A stretch of DNA of 20,000 bases, from sequence record DRR723986_1326; one strand, given 5' to 3'. The position numbers and the translations under genes are program-made. The notes under the pieces were generated by a model. That model saw only the letters and a list, made by a program, of their open reading frames with translations, did no database searches and was not told the origin of the DNA. Below, one piece after another: positions 15,966 through 20,000 of the stretch; position 1 is the first letter of the stretch, and every line of letters starts with the position of its first letter.

Positions 15966-16179
15966 GAGTAGACCCGCTGGGCTTGCGCGAAGTAGATGGG
16001 TACAAGTTTTCGTCGCGAAAGAGTAGCATTCCGGTTGTGCGATATTGAGAACTTTATCGGCCTGCGGTTACTGTTACGGCCAAAGACCTTGTCGGACGGC
16101 CACCCAGGCTCGCCGATCGCTACAATCCGCACGCTACACTGACGACTTTGGTACTCAAACTGAGCACCCGCGAGAGCCT

Positions 16180-18105
16180 ATGACGCCTGAGACACTGCTG
16201 CCCTTCTTTCTGGTCCTTGTTCCGTTGGTCGGAATCTTCGCGCAGTGGCTGGCGTGGCGGATGAAGATTCCAAGCATCCTCCTGCTGCTCGTCTTCGGGA
16301 TTTGCCTGGGCACATGGATCTCACCAGACTCCGTGCTGGCCAAAGCGGCTGGGACGGACGAAAGTCTCGGTCCAAAGCTGCTGTTTCCGATCGTCTCGTT
16401 GAGCGTCGCCATTATCCTCTTTGAAGGCGGCCTAACACTCCGATGGAATCAGTTGGGAGCAAGCGCGCCGGTCGTTTTTCGCCTGATCACGATCTCGTCG
16501 GTCGTCACTTGGATTCTGACTGCCGTTCTCGCAAAGTACCTGCTCGGCTTCAGTTGGCAACTTGCGTGGCTACTGGGCGCCGTCCTGATGGTGACCGGCC
16601 CAACAGTCGTCGGACCGTTGCTTCGACAGATCCGCCCCAACCGACAAACCAGCTCAATCCTTCAGTGGGAGGGCATTCTCATCGACCCGGTAGGTGCCGT
16701 TGCGGCAGTGCTGGTTTATGAAGTCATCGCCCACTCCGGAGCGGTCGGCCCCAGCGAGATTGCTGCAATCGTATTCGAAACACTGCTAATCGGAGTTGTG
16801 ATTGGATGTGTTGCAGCCGCGTTGCTGATCATTAGCTTGAGAAAGTTCTGGATTCCTGATTTCCTGCACGGAGTCGTTTTTCTGGTTGTCGCGCTAGCAA
16901 CGTTCTGGCTGAGCAATTGGATGAGCGAAGAATCTGGATTGGTGACCGTAACTATCCTTGGAATTTGCCTTGCGAATCAGAAGTACGTCAGTGTTGAACA
17001 CGTCCTCGAATTCAAGGAGCATCTACGTGTTCTCCTGATTAGCTGCCTATTCATCGTGCTCGGTTCCCGCCTTCAGCTATCATCTCTGGCGGAAATTGGA
17101 TGGATGGGGCTACCATTTGTTCTGCTGCTCGTCTTAGCCGTTCGACCAATCAGCGTGTTCCTGGGAACGTTAGGCTCTAAATGGGACATCCGCGAAAGGA
17201 CCTTTGTAAGCTTCGTTGCCCCTCGCGGAATCGTAGCAGCCTCGGTCGCCAGCGTTTTCGGACTGAAACTGGCGTCCGTTGGTCATGCCCAGGAGCTCAA
17301 TGTCGCTTTTGAGAAAGCTGACCTGCTAGTACCGGTGACCTTCCTAACAATTCTCGGAACAGTGTTGATCTGCGGCATGGGCGCCGGACCGCTGGCGCGG
17401 AAGCTGGGCCTGGCCGACTCAAACCCTCAAGGGATCTTGTTTGCCGGTGCAAGTCGTTGGGTCAGAGAGTTTGCGATAACGCTACAGACTGCGGGCATTC
17501 GCTCGGTGCTGATCGACACGAACTTTGGCAATGTCACCGCGGCTCGCATGGCCGGACTGACCGCAACTTGTGGAAACATACTGTCCGAGCACGTCCGTGA
17601 TGAACAGGATCTAGCCGGAATTGGACGATTCCTAGCTGTAACCCCCAGTGACGAAGTCAATACGCTGGCCACGATGGAACTAATGCACCTGTTCACTCGG
17701 GCCGAAGTCTACCAAGTCTCCGGCGGTGGCAAACAGCATAGTCGCTGGGATAGCATTCCAGAGAGTCGTCGCGGACGCACTCTTTTTGCTGGCGACATTA
17801 CGCATCGACAACTCGATGCGCTGATCGAAGCTGGAGCGACTTTGAAGTTGACGCTGCTCACGAAAGAATTCCCGATGGCAGCTTTTGAGGAGCAGCACGG
17901 CGAGGGGATGATTCCAATTGCTAAAATCACTGAAGAAGGGCAATTGCGACTTCGGGTCGCCAGCGGAGAACTCGATCCGCTTCCGGGTGACAGCATTGTC
18001 GCTATCGTGCCGAGCGTCGCATCCGCCGCAACCAGCAATGCTCTCCAGACATCAGCAAACTCGGATGTCGAAGCCACAGACGACTCCGAAGACGATCTAA
18101 TCTAG
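16180..18105 (+). CDS. CPA1/NhaP-type cation:proton antiporter with C-terminal RCK/TrkA-N-like domain
   Basis: About 13 TM segments with SVAIILFEGGL, VTGPTVVGPLL, WEGILIDPVGA and APRGIVAAS, followed by a Rossmann-like tail (GILFAGAS..SVLIDTN). The ATG at 16180, after GAGAG, is preferred over the upstream TTG at 16045. Confidence 0.92.
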   Translation: MTPETLLPFFLVLVPLVGIFAQWLAWRMKIPSILLLLVFGICLGTWISPDSVLAKAAGTDESLGPKLLFPIVSLSVAIILFEGGLTLRWNQLGASAPVVFRLITISSVVTWILTAVLAKYLLGFSWQLAWLLGAVLMVTGPTVVGPLLRQIRPNRQTSSILQWEGILIDPVGAVAAVLVYEVIAHSGAVGPSEIAAIVFETLLIGVVIGCVAAALLIISLRKFWIPDFLHGVVFLVVALATFWLSNWMSEESGLVTVTILGICLANQKYVSVEHVLEFKEHLRVLLISCLFIVLGSRLQLSSLAEIGWMGLPFVLLLVLAVRPISVFLGTLGSKWDIRERTFVSFVAPRGIVAASVASVFGLKLASVGHAQELNVAFEKADLLVPVTFLTILGTVLICGMGAGPLARKLGLADSNPQGILFAGASRWVREFAITLQTAGIRSVLIDTNFGNVTAARMAGLTATCGNILSEHVRDEQDLAGIGRFLAVTPSDEVNTLATMELMHLFTRAEVYQVSGGGKQHSRWDSIPESRRGRTLFAGDITHRQLDALIEAGATLKLTLLTKEFPMAAFEEQHGEGMIPIAKITEEGQLRLRVASGELDPLPGDSIVAIVPSVASAATSNALQTSANSDVEATDDSEDDLI

Positions 18106-18190
18106 GCGTTTGAGCCCCTTTTTTCGGGCGGCGGGTTGCCGTCTAATAGTGACGGCTCGCTACTTTCATGCTTTCTCGCTTCTCTCTGTT

Positions 18191-18841
18191 ATGCAATCCA
18201 TCGAACTCGCCATTGCCTTCGTGCCCGTTGCGATTTATCTCATCTTGATCGGCGGACTGCGAATGCGCAATCGTCCGCTTGTCACGTCTGGATGGCGCGA
18301 CACGCTAACGCTTGGCATCGCCTGCTTCGGTTTGGTTGCTATCGGCCCAATGCAATTGTTCTTTCCCGCTCAAGCTGCAGCTCGTTGGCACGGATGGGTT
18401 TGGCTGGCACTCCTGGCCCTGTACGTTCTAGCGCTGCTAATGCTACTGCTTAGCTGCAAACCGCGCTTGATTGCATACGGTCTAAGCCCTACACAGTTCC
18501 GAGAGCTTCTCGAGAAAGCCGCCAACACGGTCGATGAACAGTCGCACTGGGATGGCGACGTGCTCAACGTCCCGGGAGCTGGCATGCAGTTAGCCGTCGA
18601 ACCGTCGGGCGCTGCTCGCGTGCAACAAGTTGTCCATTTTGGAATCCTAAGAGATTTTCAGCAGTGGGTTACGCTTGAACGCGCCTTTGTAGGACTTGCT
18701 CGCCAAGAGAGGTGCCCGAGAAGCATTGCTGGGTTCCCACTGATGATGGCTGGTGCGTTCTTGCTGACGATTGCGATTATGCCAACGGTCAATGACCCGG
18801 CCGGAGCACTTGACCAACTACAGCAGTTCATCAACCGGTAA
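18191..18841 (+). CDS. Hypothetical integral membrane protein (about 4 TM)
   Basis: Three N-terminal hydrophobic helices, a soluble loop and a C-terminal helix. The ATG at 18191 is preferred over the TTG at 18110. Confidence 0.75.
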   Translation: MQSIELAIAFVPVAIYLILIGGLRMRNRPLVTSGWRDTLTLGIACFGLVAIGPMQLFFPAQAAARWHGWVWLALLALYVLALLMLLLSCKPRLIAYGLSPTQFRELLEKAANTVDEQSHWDGDVLNVPGAGMQLAVEPSGAARVQQVVHFGILRDFQQWVTLERAFVGLARQERCPRSIAGFPLMMAGAFLLTIAIMPTVNDPAGALDQLQQFINR

Positions 18842-18914
18842 ACTCACAGGAAGCGGCGAAGACAAAACTTGGCCTAGCGATCCTCAGCAGACTGATCTTG
18901 CCGGAAACTGACAC

Positions 18915-19865
18915 GTGAAACAACCTCAAACGCTCCTCCAGTACAGCGGCTTGATCGCCGTTCTTGGCTTGCTGATCGGTTTCTTTGGACTCACGACAGA
19001 CAACTTCTTAACGGCTGGCACCGCTCAATCGATCGCAAGCCAAGTGCCCGACTTAACACTCGTCGCAGTTGGAATGACGTTGGTCCTGGTGGTCGGTGGA
19101 ATTGACCTGAGCGTTGGATCATTGCTAGCGCTTGCATCGGCAACTATCGGCGTGCTTATGGTCAGCGCCGAATTTCCGCTGTGGGCTGCGGCACTGGTCG
19201 GCGTTATCGCCTCATCTGTTTGTGGATTAACCAGCGGGCTCATTGTCCAGTCAATGCGCCTGCCTTCCTTCATCGTTACGCTAGGCGTACTGGAGATAGC
19301 TCGTGGCCTGACGAAGTTAGTCGCTGACTCCCGAACGACGTTCATTGGCTCGGATATCGGTTTTCTGAGTGACCGTTTACCGCTGATCAGGCTTTCACCG
19401 ATATTCCTGTTCGCGATTGCGATTGTCGCCGTCGCTCACTTTACACTAACAAGAACCGTCTACGGCCGACACCTTATTGCTCTCGGCAGCAATGCAGAAG
19501 CGCTACGGTTGTCCGGAATTCGTACCGGTCCCTACTTGGTGAGTGTCTTTGCGATCAGCGGCCTTCTATCGGGTTTGGCCGGCATTTGCTACGCCGCCCG
19601 TCTGTCGTCCGCGGACCCCAACGCAGCAGTGGGCCTTGAACTGCTGGCAATCGCAGCGTGTGTGATCGGGGGAACAAGCCTGGCCGGCGGCAGAGGAAAC
19701 GTGCTTTGCACCTTTCTTGGGGTTCTCATCATCCAAGTTCTGCAAACAGGACTGGCGCAGAGCGGTGCTTCGGATCCGACGAAACAAATTGTCACCGGAT
19801 CCGTCATCGTGCTAGCCGTAATGCTGGACGCCTTGCGCGTCCGTTGGTCAAAAACAAGCGGCTGA
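18915..19865 (+). CDS. Sugar ABC transporter permease (RbsC/BPD_transp_2, CUT2 family)
   Basis: 316 aa with a GTG start. Motifs are AVGMTLVLVVGGIDLSVGS, LPSFIVTLG, RTVYGRHLIALGSNAEALRLSGI and ELLAIAACVIGGTSLAGGRG. Confidence 0.93.
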   Translation: MKQPQTLLQYSGLIAVLGLLIGFFGLTTDNFLTAGTAQSIASQVPDLTLVAVGMTLVLVVGGIDLSVGSLLALASATIGVLMVSAEFPLWAAALVGVIASSVCGLTSGLIVQSMRLPSFIVTLGVLEIARGLTKLVADSRTTFIGSDIGFLSDRLPLIRLSPIFLFAIAIVAVAHFTLTRTVYGRHLIALGSNAEALRLSGIRTGPYLVSVFAISGLLSGLAGICYAARLSSADPNAAVGLELLAIAACVIGGTSLAGGRGNVLCTFLGVLIIQVLQTGLAQSGASDPTKQIVTGSVIVLAVMLDALRVRWSKTSG

Positions 19866-19887
19866 TCAGATCGTCTGATCAGCCGCT
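19850..19887. terminator. Long perfect hairpin over the permease stop codon; probable (bi)directional terminator
   Basis: AGCGGCTGATCAGA (19857-19870), loop TCG, TCTGATCAGCCGCT (19874-19887) form a perfect 14-bp stem. On the minus strand it is followed by TGTTTTT. Confidence 0.6.
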
Positions 19888-20000
19888 GAGAACAAGTTAC
19901 CGAGCTGTTGGGCTAGAGCGCTTCCAGTTCGAATGTAGCGTTTCTGCGCCAATTTGATTCAGCTATTCATTTGGGGTAGCACGCTATACGTCCGTGCGAC

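Noticed and set aside
16045-16179. N-terminal extension of the antiporter from TTG 16045
   Set aside because: The extension is hydrophilic and not family-like, and overlaps the probable divergent promoter region. ATG 16180 directly precedes TM1.
1-20000. CRISPR arrays, tRNA/rRNA, IS elements, prophage or defence genes
   Set aside because: No regularly spaced repeats, RNA gene signatures, transposase/integrase motifs or phage genes were seen by eye.

Overview
Gene-dense bacterial chromosomal window. The protein families (membrane Hanks-type kinase with a planctomycete-style N-terminus, FHA-GAF-PP2C phosphatase, long low-complexity lipoprotein TolC) suggest Planctomycetota/Pirellulales; this is an inference. 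Left to right: the 3' end of a DabB/MpsA-like membrane subunit and a complete DabA/MpsB (DUF2309) gene (DAB inorganic-carbon pump); a terminator and a ~450 bp hairpin-rich spacer; a three-gene T1SS-like operon (ABC exporter, HlyD-type MFP, TolC-type OMF); a convergent Ser/Thr kinase; greA plus a hypothetical membrane-anchored protein; an FHA-GAF-SpoIIE phosphatase; a GT2 glycosyltransferase; a CPA1 cation/H+ antiporter; a hypothetical membrane protein; and a lone RbsC-type sugar ABC permease. No rRNA, tRNA, CRISPR array or mobile element was recognised. The best candidate for an undescribed system is the T1SS-like operon directly downstream of dabBA. Its only ABC subunit has lost most catalytic NBD residues (a probable pseudo-ATPase) and carries a His/Asp-rich linker, and the operon has no visible cargo gene.
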